64,000 bases of DNA from a virus: positions 1 through 64,000 of the IMG/VR virus record IMGVR_UViG_3300026519_000001. The stretch is one strand, 5' to 3'. A program made the position numbers and the translations under genes. Positions 37,151 to 47,480 of this stretch are shown piece by piece (position 1 is the first letter of the stretch; each line of letters opens with the position of its first letter). The notes beneath the pieces are model-generated. The model ran no database searches. It saw only the letters and a program-made list of their open reading frames with translations, and was not told the origin of the DNA.

Positions 37151-37852
37151 TTATTCGAATATTAATCTATTAGAAAATACATATGCACTTCCCTTACCTG
37201 TTTTTATTTTCACCTCTTCTTCTTCAACCTTATTAATCTTACCGTTAGGACCAACTCCTTGTGGAATACCTCCATTGGGATTAGTTTCATGTAATCCACC
37301 TGTATTAAATTCTGTTATATCAGTAGAATTAATTTCACCTTCTTCATTATTGCCCATATAACCCCCATAAGCAAATCCCGCCTCTATAGGATTAATTGGA
37401 GCATTTACAACCTCATTAAATGCTTGTGCTCTTATTTCAGGCATTTGTGTGTCTAAAGCATCTTGCTTAGCCTCTAATTGCAATCTTTTCCTCTCGTCTT
37501 CTGCTTCCTGTTCTTTTTTTTGTTTTCTTTTAGATGTAAAGAAACTAACAGCTCCCCCAACGACTGCCCCTATGGCTGCTCCTATTGGTGTAAACGCAGC
37601 CCCTGCTGCAGCTCCTGATAAAGCTCCCTTGGCTACCGAGCCTGCTATTTCTTTACCACCAGATACGTTAAGCTCTTTATCATATTCCGTATCAAGATTA
37701 ACAACTCCTTTCTTATTAGGGCTTGGGTTTACAAATGAGCCTACTTCTGTTCTGCTACCTGAAAAAGCCTGATCTGCCAAACCAGAAGCAAGATTTAAAG
37801 TGCTTCCAAAATTATCAGATTTTAAAAATTTACCAAATTTAGTATTAGACAT
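37151..37852 (-). CDS. Probable virion cargo protein
   Basis: Glycine-zipper TM segment; FAYGG; GGLHETNPNGGIPQG...YVFSNRL motif recalled from crAss-like structural proteins. Confidence 0.6.
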   Translation of the reverse strand: MSNTKFGKFLKSDNFGSTLNLASGLADQAFSGSRTEVGSFVNPSPNKKGVVNLDTEYDKELNVSGGKEIAGSVAKGALSGAAAGAAFTPIGAAIGAVVGGAVSFFTSKRKQKKEQEAEDERKRLQLEAKQDALDTQMPEIRAQAFNEVVNAPINPIEAGFAYGGYMGNNEEGEINSTDITEFNTGGLHETNPNGGIPQGVGPNGKINKVEEEEVKIKTGKGSAYVFSNRLIFE

Positions 37853-37923
37853 GCGTTTTGTTATTATATCAAAGAAAGTGATAAATAATTATATATCATC
37901 ACCAAAATTGAATTATTTTATCA

Positions 37924-40900
37924 TTAATTTATTGTATATGAGAAGGTGATGTCATAAAGAGTAAATTTATAATCCTCTTCTGAGTGATTAAATTCTAATT
38001 CTATTAAAGCCCATGGTGCTCTAATTCTATTTCTAGTACTTTCTTCTCTAGGTAATGTTATATTAAATTCCCTAAATTTCCTTCTAACATTACTTCCATA
38101 TATTAATTCTTTATTCCCAGATGTTTGATAAGAAGTATCAACTTTTATATTGTTAAATGTAATATTAAATTTATCTACGTTATCAGAAATTAATTTAGTA
38201 TCAGTAATATAATTTATGTTGTCTATTATTTTATCACTAGAAGGCTTGTCATTCATTAATAATTTAATCTTAGAAGAATAATATACATCATAAAAAGTAT
38301 TATAAAATCCTTTATCATGCTCCCATATATCATCAGTAAATTGACCATGATTTGCAGTAAACATTTTACTATTGATATTAAAATAAATATAGGGTTTAAA
38401 ATCATAAAAAGAAGTAAAGCCATCTGCTATTAAATTGTAGGATACTGTGAATGAATCATCATCAGTTAAGAAGCTAAAATAAATATCTTTAAATCTATTA
38501 TCATAATAAGATACTACATTATTAAAATTTAATGTAGAAACCCCTTCTACACCTTTAAGTAAGTTATTGTAATTATTATTTGTATACTCTTTTGTATAAT
38601 TATACAACCCCTTAGTTAAACTAATTTCTTCGTTTTGACTAGCGATTCTATTAATACTATTATTAAGTATGTCAAAATAAAAAACACCAGATTCAACAGA
38701 AGTTATACTTTTTGGATGTAACGTTCCTGAATTTGTAGAAATATAATCATATCTTTGCAGCAACTCTCCTGAGCCTAATAAAATTGGAACATTATCACTT
38801 GTGGATAATTGCACCCTAGGATTAATAGAAAGATAAGAAACAGCACTTCTTTGAAATGCAAACATTACATTTCTAAGTTTAACTAATCCAGTAATTTCTC
38901 CATGCTCTGTTTCAAGAGTTATTTTATCATTAACAGAAATACTAGTCCAATTATCAATTTGTTCTCCTAAAAGTTTAATAGGACTAGCAATTATTTCATC
39001 ACTAAAAACATTTTGCGAAGTAAAATTAAAAGGCTTACTAATAGCTTTGTTTATGATATTTTGTTGTTCATATACAGAATTATAGCCATAGGCATTATTT
39101 TCATCTAAAGCCTCACCTGTATTTTTAGATTCTAATATATCATACCTCATGTTAGAATTAACAGAAGATTCACATACAAAATCAACAATTTCACTTATAG
39201 TAGCTTCAACTTCAGAAGACCCAGCATTATTTTCAAAAATTCTTAATAATGGAGATTCCTGAATAAATGTATCACCAAATTTTCCATTAATATTTGAAAC
39301 ACTAACTAGTTCTAATTCTGAATAAGGAACATAAACATTTCTTTGCCTATCCGCATAAGTGTTTCCACCATATTGTGGTATATCATCATTATAAAATTCA
39401 ACTATTAAAGCATAATCATCATCAGGAGTGCTTACATCTTCCCATAAGGCTAAAGAGTTATCCCATAAATCTTCTGATGTAAAAAATAATTGAGAACCAC
39501 TATAATAAGTAAATTTAGTTTCAAAATCCATATCTACTAATGGAGTGTATATTACAGTAGTGTCAATTAAAATTTGAGGGTCTGCATCAAAATCTTCTCC
39601 TTCTTTAGTTTGAACAGACACATCGGCTTCAATAGGAGGTATAAAAGCAACTGTTTTATCCGTAGACAAATTACTTACTTCAAATCCATTTCTGCTACTA
39701 TGTAACAAAACACTGCCGAATTTTCTTTTGTAAAATACTTTTTTAAATTCATATCTATTTAACCTAACAGAATCAGAAGCCCTTTCGAAATCATTTCTTA
39801 TATCTCCCAATAAGAAATATCCGCCACCACCTTCATTTTTAAACCATCTATCAACATTAGCATCAGAATCATTTTGAACAGGGTCGTCTACAGTATATTG
39901 AAATACCTCTGCATTTTTTGCATCTAATTCGTAAGATTTTCTCAACTCTACTGGCTCATCCTTATTATTAGAAGCAGAACTATATGCCGTATAAAAATCA
40001 GCTTTAGAATACGAATTTGTATTTTTTTGAAACCCAACTACTCTTATTTTATAATCATCTCCAACAGCTAATTTAGATTGATTAAATATAAACTCTGGAC
40101 TTATAATATTAAAATGTATTTTACTTGCGTAAGCATTACCTATATACGTGCCAGCACTATCTATTTCAGGAATTATATCTCCCCTATCAGGATATATAGT
40201 CCCAGCTGCAGAGTTTCTATTGAATGCTTGTGGTTTTTGAAATTTTTCTCCCCTATATGTATCTGGATATGAAGCTCCAGTAGGACCATCCAATATAGGA
40301 TTTATTGGATTTGTTGTATTTGGATCAACTCTAAATGTTCTAGTTAAAGGTATACTATATAATTTTTCTAAATTAGACCCTACAGGAAAAATTGCTATAT
40401 CCTTATAATCATTTTGTTGAAAAACACATGGATTAACTAAGCCTTGTCCTTTAACAGTTTTATCATATTCCTTTCTTTCAACAATAACTAATCTATAGCT
40501 AACTGCCTCTGCTGGCATATTATTAACCTTAACTTCAATATAAGCAAGTTCTGCTTCATTTGAAGAATTAATAAGATTAAGATATTCTTTTTCATTAGCA
40601 GCTGGTATTTTTAGATCAGCTATCCATTTAGCAAATGACTCTTCTCCATTATTATTTTTAAAAACCAATGCAACTCTATACCTCTCACCTCTTTTTAAAG
40701 AGGTATCAGAATTTGATTCAAATATCGTATTTAAACTTTTTTGTTTATATCTAACCCAATATTCTACATTTGGACCAATACCACCTATTGCATTCCTAGC
40801 TACATCATCAGGTAAATATTGCACTTCTCCAAGTCTATAAACAGCAGATGGATCATCTATAATAGCATCGTGTTCATCTTCAATAGCATTATAAAAATCT

Positions 40901-42066
40901 TGTAAGGATATAGTATTTGCAGGTGGCATATCATTTAATCCAGTGGAATGAAAAACATTGTAATCTTGATATGTTGAATTATGATGCTTTACAGTTGTTG
41001 TCCATCTATATTGACCTATAGTACCTAAATAAAGTCTGGTAAAACTATATGCTCTTGCATCGTAATCAACATCAAATTTATTAGTTTTATAATTAGCATA
41101 AAATAAATGCCCATCTTTATTAAGAATATGTTTTGGAATAATATTTTGTGTAGCTATTATATTAAATTCAGATTGAGCAATTTCCGATATAATAACATTG
41201 CTATCAGTAATTTGCAATGTATCAGAATTATTCTCATTCTCATAAATAAGAGATATTCTTGGTATTTGATCTAAAGAAGAATAAAAAATAGAATAAACTC
41301 GAATATAATCAAATTTTTGATCTATCTCATCTATAAGAATTATAGGAGATTTTGATACAGGACTATCTAAAGGAGAGCCTTTCAAGTCATTATTAAGAGC
41401 TACAAGTTTAGATAATGGTGATACTTTGGTTTGTGCACCATACTTATAATATAAATTATAAGTATACTGAATCATACCTGCTTGATGTGCTCCTCCTGAA
41501 CCATAACCTATTATTTGAGGATTCTTTTCTATTACAGAAGGTGTTATTGTTATTTCACTAGGTGATTTATTTAATAATGAAGGATCTAATATATTAATAA
41601 CTCTTACCTCATTTTCACCATCAACCCAATATACTTTTTCCGCTTCATTATTTTCCTTTATCCCCACAGATTCTATTTGGCTTTCGTACGTAAACCCTAA
41701 TTCGTCTATATAAGCTAAATTTATTTCATAGAAATTAGAAGATGTTTCTTCCATAACCCATACACAATCTACTTCCTCGTTAGTTGTAAACAATACAACT
41801 TTTTTATCAGTAATAATTTCTGAATGAATTATTTTTACATTTATAATTGGAAATGTTACTGCAGATAATAATTTGTTAGTAGGGTTAACTGTTAAAATGG
41901 GTATAGACAATACTAATTCATTTCCTTTTTGATTAGTAACAGTTCCAAATTCTTCATTTGTTATTACTCTAATATTATTACCTTCCCAATAAAATGTATT
42001 AGAATGCTTAGATTTACTAACATCCTGATTCATTTTTTGATAAGTATATGTAGCTCTTTCTTGCAT
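37924..42066 (-). CDS. Tail stabilization/muzzle protein (P22 gp10-like)
   Basis: KVYWVDG, SLKRGERYR and FTSFYDF motifs; C-terminal RIRAPW; position after the tail tubular gene. Confidence 0.8.
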   Translation of the reverse strand: MQERATYTYQKMNQDVSKSKHSNTFYWEGNNIRVITNEEFGTVTNQKGNELVLSIPILTVNPTNKLLSAVTFPIINVKIIHSEIITDKKVVLFTTNEEVDCVWVMEETSSNFYEINLAYIDELGFTYESQIESVGIKENNEAEKVYWVDGENEVRVINILDPSLLNKSPSEITITPSVIEKNPQIIGYGSGGAHQAGMIQYTYNLYYKYGAQTKVSPLSKLVALNNDLKGSPLDSPVSKSPIILIDEIDQKFDYIRVYSIFYSSLDQIPRISLIYENENNSDTLQITDSNVIISEIAQSEFNIIATQNIIPKHILNKDGHLFYANYKTNKFDVDYDARAYSFTRLYLGTIGQYRWTTTVKHHNSTYQDYNVFHSTGLNDMPPANTISLQDFYNAIEDEHDAIIDDPSAVYRLGEVQYLPDDVARNAIGGIGPNVEYWVRYKQKSLNTIFESNSDTSLKRGERYRVALVFKNNNGEESFAKWIADLKIPAANEKEYLNLINSSNEAELAYIEVKVNNMPAEAVSYRLVIVERKEYDKTVKGQGLVNPCVFQQNDYKDIAIFPVGSNLEKLYSIPLTRTFRVDPNTTNPINPILDGPTGASYPDTYRGEKFQKPQAFNRNSAAGTIYPDRGDIIPEIDSAGTYIGNAYASKIHFNIISPEFIFNQSKLAVGDDYKIRVVGFQKNTNSYSKADFYTAYSSASNNKDEPVELRKSYELDAKNAEVFQYTVDDPVQNDSDANVDRWFKNEGGGGYFLLGDIRNDFERASDSVRLNRYEFKKVFYKRKFGSVLLHSSRNGFEVSNLSTDKTVAFIPPIEADVSVQTKEGEDFDADPQILIDTTVIYTPLVDMDFETKFTYYSGSQLFFTSEDLWDNSLALWEDVSTPDDDYALIVEFYNDDIPQYGGNTYADRQRNVYVPYSELELVSVSNINGKFGDTFIQESPLLRIFENNAGSSEVEATISEIVDFVCESSVNSNMRYDILESKNTGEALDENNAYGYNSVYEQQNIINKAISKPFNFTSQNVFSDEIIASPIKLLGEQIDNWTSISVNDKITLETEHGEITGLVKLRNVMFAFQRSAVSYLSINPRVQLSTSDNVPILLGSGELLQRYDYISTNSGTLHPKSITSVESGVFYFDILNNSINRIASQNEEISLTKGLYNYTKEYTNNNYNNLLKGVEGVSTLNFNNVVSYYDNRFKDIYFSFLTDDDSFTVSYNLIADGFTSFYDFKPYIYFNINSKMFTANHGQFTDDIWEHDKGFYNTFYDVYYSSKIKLLMNDKPSSDKIIDNINYITDTKLISDNVDKFNITFNNIKVDTSYQTSGNKELIYGSNVRRKFREFNITLPREESTRNRIRAPWALIELEFNHSEEDYKFTLYDITFSYTIN

Positions 42067-42068
42067 AA

Positions 42069-42800
42069 CTATATACTGTTTCTACGTAAATACTCTTGAG
42101 ATCCATGGTTAGTAAAGAAGCTTCCATGTTGTAAAGGTTTTAATATCAATCTACTAAAAGCATTGGAAAATGATTCTGCCTCATCTATTGTTTTTAATTG
42201 CCCAGCTGTTTGTGCAGCAGCTACATACCAAGCCCACTCTTGCTCAGCGTGATTATATACTTTATCAGGCAACTTCCCAAGCACCCACATAGTATAATAA
42301 TGTTGTAACTGTATATAGGCTATACAAGCCTTCTCGAATTTGATATTATCTGGAACTTGCGGCAAGCCTAAATCATCTAATACTAAACCTCTATATACCA
42401 TAAAAACCTCACCATCAGATACATCAGCATGAATATAATGGTTATTTAAACTATATGTAAATTCACTAATTTGATTAAAATCAGGAGATCCTAATTTGTG
42501 GTATTTTGAATGCATAGTACTTGAAGCATATCTCATAGCTACGTAATTAGATTTGCCTTTGCTATCAACACCTGTTTTCCAAAGAGTTTGGTCGATATAA
42601 ACTAAATCATTTGGAAGAGTTCCTCTAAAATCTTTTATTTTTATAACACAATCTTTTATTTCATAAGAATTTGGAGCGCCTATTAATTTTATGGCATCTC
42701 CTATATATTGTGCTAAGTCAGATTCATTAATGCTTTGCATTAAAGGATTGATTAATACTCGATTAATTATATGCTTAACTGATTTAAATTTTCCATTCAT
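42069..42800 (-). CDS. Tail tubular/ring protein
   Basis: AIKLIGAP...LPNDL...GLPQVPDN...WAWYV; crAss gene order. Confidence 0.75.
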   Translation of the reverse strand: MNGKFKSVKHIINRVLINPLMQSINESDLAQYIGDAIKLIGAPNSYEIKDCVIKIKDFRGTLPNDLVYIDQTLWKTGVDSKGKSNYVAMRYASSTMHSKYHKLGSPDFNQISEFTYSLNNHYIHADVSDGEVFMVYRGLVLDDLGLPQVPDNIKFEKACIAYIQLQHYYTMWVLGKLPDKVYNHAEQEWAWYVAAAQTAGQLKTIDEAESFSNAFSRLILKPLQHGSFFTNHGSQEYLRRNSI

Positions 42801-43324
42801 AATATGTAGGCATCTATGTTATATTCTTTTGTTGCTATATTAATTAACTGCTTTATATTTCTAATAGGTGTAAATGTATAGACACCTTTATTTTTATAAT
42901 TAGCAGAAGAAACATTGTATTTTAATACAAAAATATATCCTTTTGTATGCTTGTTTAAATGACGAACTAGTATCTTCTTTTTCTTTGCTTCAGGATCTCT
43001 TTCCCATAATTCAGCAGTTTTTTTAAAGTCAGGAGGATAATGATTAGTTAATATATTATTATGCATCTTTAACCTAGGCTTAAACTTCCGCATAGAAATT
43101 ACACCAAGTCTATAAGGTAATTTAAATTCAAAATTTTTCATCACTATTTTTTCTCCAATAGCTGCATTGTAATCATTACATATATTTCTAAATTCAGATC
43201 TTGTTACATTATATTTTGTGTTTTTATGATATTCTTTTTTATAGAAATTAAAATAATCTGGCAACCCAAAACCAGGTCTTATTTTATTTTTTTTATTTTT
43301 TCTGCTGTTGTCCATTATTACCAT
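42797..43324 (-). CDS. IHF/HU-like DNA-binding protein
   Basis: FEFKLPYRLGVISMRK motif; conserved position in the crAss tail block. Confidence 0.65.
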   Translation of the reverse strand: MVIMDNSRKNKKNKIRPGFGLPDYFNFYKKEYHKNTKYNVTRSEFRNICNDYNAAIGEKIVMKNFEFKLPYRLGVISMRKFKPRLKMHNNILTNHYPPDFKKTAELWERDPEAKKKKILVRHLNKHTKGYIFVLKYNVSSANYKNKGVYTFTPIRNIKQLINIATKEYNIDAYIL

Positions 43325-44006
43325 TTAATATTGTTGCATCATCAGCACTATTATTTTCTTGATCTGTTGGCAATATTTTTAAACTAGCTAGCTCTTGAAT
43401 AATTTCTAAAATAACTATATCAGCAATTTGTTTTTTTAATGGATAATTAAATGTTCTTATATTTTGATCTGAATTAACAGAATCATATTTTAATTGATCC
43501 ATTGGTCTTTCAAACACAGCTGAAAAAGATATTTCATCGTATGCTCTTTCCTCTCCACTAGAGGATTTTAAATGAAGATACCTATCCCCATCAATCATTC
43601 CAAATATTTGGTCCACATCGTAATCACCTGAACCAGAGTAAATGAATCTTTTTCTAGAAACTATATTTATTGGTCTTTCAAACTTACCTACTGTTGCAAT
43701 TCTTTCAATCATATTCCTATGGTCAAGCCCAATAACCATAGGAAGCCTGATGGTTGACCTAGTAGTATCACTTTCAGATTCGTATTTAGATGGCATATCT
43801 GAGCTATCAATTTCTTCTAAAGATAGTATGATAGTTTGTACTAATTGCTCATCCACAGGTCTTTGAATATTATTATACTCTCTTCTAATATATTTAGTTC
43901 TTTTATTATCAACTAAAAACATAAGATAATCATTAGTATACTTAGTATCATCAACATACTCTTTTAAACCCTCTCTTATTGCAAATATAATTTCTAATCC
44001 TGTCAT
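43293..44006 (-). CDS. Tail ring protein
   Basis: Position; SAVFERP and DQENNSADD motifs. Confidence 0.6.
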   Translation of the reverse strand: MTGLEIIFAIREGLKEYVDDTKYTNDYLMFLVDNKRTKYIRREYNNIQRPVDEQLVQTIILSLEEIDSSDMPSKYESESDTTRSTIRLPMVIGLDHRNMIERIATVGKFERPINIVSRKRFIYSGSGDYDVDQIFGMIDGDRYLHLKSSSGEERAYDEISFSAVFERPMDQLKYDSVNSDQNIRTFNYPLKKQIADIVILEIIQELASLKILPTDQENNSADDATILNGNNGQQQKK

Positions 44007-44009
44007 GTT

Positions 44010-45185
44010 TTATAAATTTATTATGGATTCGGAAATAATCCCTGTATCTAAATTCAATATTTCATATGCAGTACCTGCATTAGTCATTTCAAAATTAGTA
44101 AGTATCCAATCTGTTGTTCCCATCATGGATGGAACTGTTTTATAACACTCTATATTTTTACAAGGTGCTATGCAATATTGATGTAAATCACCTTTAATCA
44201 TTCTTATCCTAGCATTTCTAGGAATTGATTTTCTCTTTAAAAATGCTTCTATAAATGATTCTGTTTGGGGATTTGGAAACAAAGGAAAACCTTTAAACCT
44301 ATTCTCTTTATCTTTACCATGTGACAATACATAATGAATATCTTCGTGCTCAATAGACCCAATAAAATCAGGAAAATTAACTACTGACACGTCAGGATAT
44401 ACACCTTCTACATAAGCCATTAATGCCCTTTTACAAACATAACCAAAATCACCATCGTGATTTGCATTTGTAACTTCCCACATTTGGTATTTTTCGGCAG
44501 CTCCACTATTAAATAAATTATCAAAAAAAATTTTATGCTCTCTAAAGTAAACCTCAAAAGCCTCTATATTATTCATATTTTGTTTTAACTTATGTGTTCT
44601 ACTTACAGTAAGGCTATCCATGCCATCTAAAGCATCTCCCAAATCAGCTATTGTAATTGTTTTAAATGCACCATAGTTACTAACCAAATCATAAATATGA
44701 TATAATACTTTATTCATCCTCTTAGAAAACTCTTTAGCATTATAAATGTTATCTTGACTTCCTATGCTTCCTATATGTTTATCAGACATCCACACTTTTA
44801 AATCTAAATTATTTGAAGATGTTACTGGTGGTATATCTTTCGTTGAAATTTCAGATTTAACTATTTCAGAAAAAATTTCACTATAATTAACAACATTATC
44901 TTCCTCCTCAGAAACTTCTGGTTTTAAAGACATTAACCATTCACCACTAGCACTTTGCCATTTAGACTTAATTACAAATCCTTCTGGAGCAGTTTTTATA
45001 ATAACATCATCTATTTGTTTTTTATTTTTTTCTTTTTTTAATAACCTAGCTTCAGCCAATGCTAACTTACAATCTTCATATTCGACATCTATACCAATCT
45101 TATTAAATCTTAAAAGCAATTGTTCTGGGCTCTTCTTTAAATAACCTGGTTTCTTTTTTAAAAACTCTATTAATGTATTAATCAT
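44010..45185 (-). CDS. Calcineurin-like metallophosphoesterase
   Basis: SDKHIG, DLGDALDG, NANHD, SHG and GDLHQ motifs. Confidence 0.8.
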   Translation of the reverse strand: MINTLIEFLKKKPGYLKKSPEQLLLRFNKIGIDVEYEDCKLALAEARLLKKEKNKKQIDDVIIKTAPEGFVIKSKWQSASGEWLMSLKPEVSEEEDNVVNYSEIFSEIVKSEISTKDIPPVTSSNNLDLKVWMSDKHIGSIGSQDNIYNAKEFSKRMNKVLYHIYDLVSNYGAFKTITIADLGDALDGMDSLTVSRTHKLKQNMNNIEAFEVYFREHKIFFDNLFNSGAAEKYQMWEVTNANHDGDFGYVCKRALMAYVEGVYPDVSVVNFPDFIGSIEHEDIHYVLSHGKDKENRFKGFPLFPNPQTESFIEAFLKRKSIPRNARIRMIKGDLHQYCIAPCKNIECYKTVPSMMGTTDWILTNFEMTNAGTAYEILNLDTGIISESIINL

Positions 45186-45898
45186 ATTCCTCCTGTAATT
45201 AATTTTCTTATTAATTTTACTATAAATTGCATTAATCCTTGTATTTTACTTCCTAATAAATATACTAAAGCTATAATAGGAACTACAAATAAAAACCAAA
45301 ACTTTTTATCTTGCCAAAAGTTTTTTCTAATATTAATTTTATTTGTTGTAATAGATTTCTCTATAACTATGAAGCCTTCTTTAGTTTTAACATTCATTTG
45401 TAATACACCATTTTTAATAGTATATGGAATAATGAATTTATAATTTTCATATATACCTTCTATATTTTCAAGATATGATAACTCTGTATATTTTTGAAAT
45501 AATGTATCTGATTTAATTTTATATTCTTTTACTATTTTTTTTATTTTAGTTAATTGTAACTTTGTAACGGGATTATCTTTTATAACAATATTTACTATTG
45601 AATCTACTTTATTAAAACTTTTTGAAGTGTTATCAATAAGCTCATTATTAATACTGTCTAAACTTTTAGTGTCTTGTAATATCAAATTAACTTGCAAGCT
45701 ATCAGAAGCTATTTGTATTGTATCATATACAATCATAGTAAAAGCATCTGTAACCAATTCAGGATATTTTTCAATTTGATTATTAATACCCTTATCAAAT
45801 AAAATAATTTTATTTTCTGCTTTATTAATATTTTTTGCGGTTTTTAAAGAGACGCAAGATGTAATAAATAACAATAAAATTATTAATACTATTTTCAT
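45182..45898 (-). CDS. Lipoprotein with C-terminal TM helix (candidate unimolecular spanin)
   Basis: MKIVLIILLLFITSC lipobox; C-terminal FWFLFVVPIIALVYLLG; located in the lysis cassette. Confidence 0.55.
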   Translation of the reverse strand: MKIVLIILLLFITSCVSLKTAKNINKAENKIILFDKGINNQIEKYPELVTDAFTMIVYDTIQIASDSLQVNLILQDTKSLDSINNELIDNTSKSFNKVDSIVNIVIKDNPVTKLQLTKIKKIVKEYKIKSDTLFQKYTELSYLENIEGIYENYKFIIPYTIKNGVLQMNVKTKEGFIVIEKSITTNKINIRKNFWQDKKFWFLFVVPIIALVYLLGSKIQGLMQFIVKLIRKLITGGI

Positions 45899-46224
45899 TT
45901 AATTTTATGTTTAACTCCCTCTATCATAATTTTTATAAGCTCATATAATCCTTGAAATATTATACCTCCAAAAGCACCCTTAATAAAAGAAACAGGAACG
46001 GTATAAAGAACTCCAGGTAATACAGTATCATTAGGGGTTATAAATAACAAACCTAATGAAGAAATAAGTGTAAAAACCCAATCATCCCATGTGAGAGATA
46101 TATAACGCTTAAAATTAAATTTTTGATGTAATTTATCTGATTTATTTTTATCTTTTTGAAACATAAAAAAATTAAAGGTTAACCAACCAAGTATACAGAT
46201 AATAAAATCAGATATTTGTAACAT
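45895..46224 (-). CDS. Putative holin
   Basis: 109 aa with about 3 hydrophobic segments, near the endolysin. Confidence 0.5.
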   Translation of the reverse strand: MLQISDFIICILGWLTFNFFMFQKDKNKSDKLHQKFNFKRYISLTWDDWVFTLISSLGLLFITPNDTVLPGVLYTVPVSFIKGAFGGIIFQGLYELIKIMIEGVKHKIK

Positions 46225-46636
46225 ATTCTTTTAATTGAATTTGAAGTTTTAAAATTTTTTGCTCTAATTCTATAATTTGTTTGGATTTATTACCATCAAG
46301 TATTCTTAATCTTAAATTTTCATCTTTTAACTCTTCTATTTCTTTAGCTAGACTTTCTCTCTCCTTGTTATGCTCACCTTCTTTTTTTTGTAATTTTTTT
46401 ACTTGTAATATTAATTTATCAATTTTATTTTCATGTGCATTAATTGATTTTTGTAAAGCTTCTACCATTTCTAAGGAAGCCCCAACTAAAATTGATCCCG
46501 CTTCTGCGTTGGCTCTATTAGCATCTGCTTTAAATTTTTTTTGCAAAGCCTTAAATGTAATAACACCACCTAGCAAACCACTAAAAAGAGGAATCACAAG
46601 TTGACCGTATTCAATTAAAGTTGAGTAATCTTCCAT
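46208..46636 (-). CDS. N-terminal TM plus coiled-coil protein (lysis accessory)
   Basis: One TM segment followed by long heptad repeats. Confidence 0.5.
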   Translation of the reverse strand: MEDYSTLIEYGQLVIPLFSGLLGGVITFKALQKKFKADANRANAEAGSILVGASLEMVEALQKSINAHENKIDKLILQVKKLQKKEGEHNKERESLAKEIEELKDENLRLRILDGNKSKQIIELEQKILKLQIQLKEYVTNI

Positions 46637-46651
46637 AGTATATTATAAATT

Positions 46652-47092
46652 TTATTTATTTGTTAATTCAAAATGCGGTAAATCTTGTAGATTTTGATCG
46701 TACAATAACTCTCCATCACCATCCCAATTTGCACCCCAACGCACTTTGTGTGATATTAATCCGTCATTTAATAGCTTATTAGCTACCGTGAGAATTACCC
46801 CTCCAATGTAAGCTAAGTGCATCTTGTCATAAGCCAATTTAGGTTTGCCAGAAACATAAACATATATATCAAATGCTTTTGAAGGAGAAAAATTATGCTT
46901 TCCTTTTTTACTTATACCATCTATTCTACTGTATCCTTTATCATAAAGTTCTTTTTGCCTTTTTAAAGTTCTATGACCTTCACCAATCCCAAAATCTACA
47001 GTACTAATCTTAAGTGATTCATGTGCTATCAACTGCAAATCATCTTCACATGTAGATAATTTTTTTAAACTATTTTTACCAAATTTAAACAT
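46652..47092 (-). CDS. Endolysin, peptidase M15 family (L-Ala-D-Glu endopeptidase-like)
   Basis: GHRTLKRQKELY, KH...AFD, RWGANW and DLPHFE motifs. Confidence 0.88.
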   Translation of the reverse strand: MFKFGKNSLKKLSTCEDDLQLIAHESLKISTVDFGIGEGHRTLKRQKELYDKGYSRIDGISKKGKHNFSPSKAFDIYVYVSGKPKLAYDKMHLAYIGGVILTVANKLLNDGLISHKVRWGANWDGDGELLYDQNLQDLPHFELTNK

Positions 47093-47397
47093 TATATTAA
47101 ATTTTTAATTAATTTTTGATAATTTATTAAATTCTCATCTAAAATAGCATATCTTACATTTTCTTGAAACTCAACTAGTGCAATGGCTTCTGCATCTTCA
47201 AGGTCAACATGATCAACATCTTTTTTAACTTGAGCCTCTTTTACTTTTTTAAGGATAGTCATTCTCATCATTTGTGTATTCAAATCTCCTAGTCCATCTT
47301 TCCCAGGTGTATTGACTGCCTGTATTATCAAGTCAAAATAAGAAGCTTTTTTATCAATTCCTTCTAAATCAAATTCTACATTTTTTAAATTTTTCAT
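47092..47397 (-). CDS. Hypothetical protein (possible fibre chaperone)
   Basis: Small ORF following the fibre genes. Confidence 0.5.
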   Translation of the reverse strand: MKNLKNVEFDLEGIDKKASYFDLIIQAVNTPGKDGLGDLNTQMMRMTILKKVKEAQVKKDVDHVDLEDAEAIALVEFQENVRYAILDENLINYQKLIKNLI

Positions 47398-47420
47398 ATT
47401 CTTTTTTTTAAATTGTTTTG

Positions 47421-47450
47421 CAAATATAAATATATATATCTATAAAACAA
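47421..47450 (-). promoter_or_regulatory. Bacteroidota sigma70-type promoter upstream of the lysis genes
   Basis: Minus strand reads TTG + 19 nt + TATATTTG(CA). Confidence 0.65.
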
Positions 47451-47480
47451 GAAAACCTCTATTTTTATTATTAAAATATT

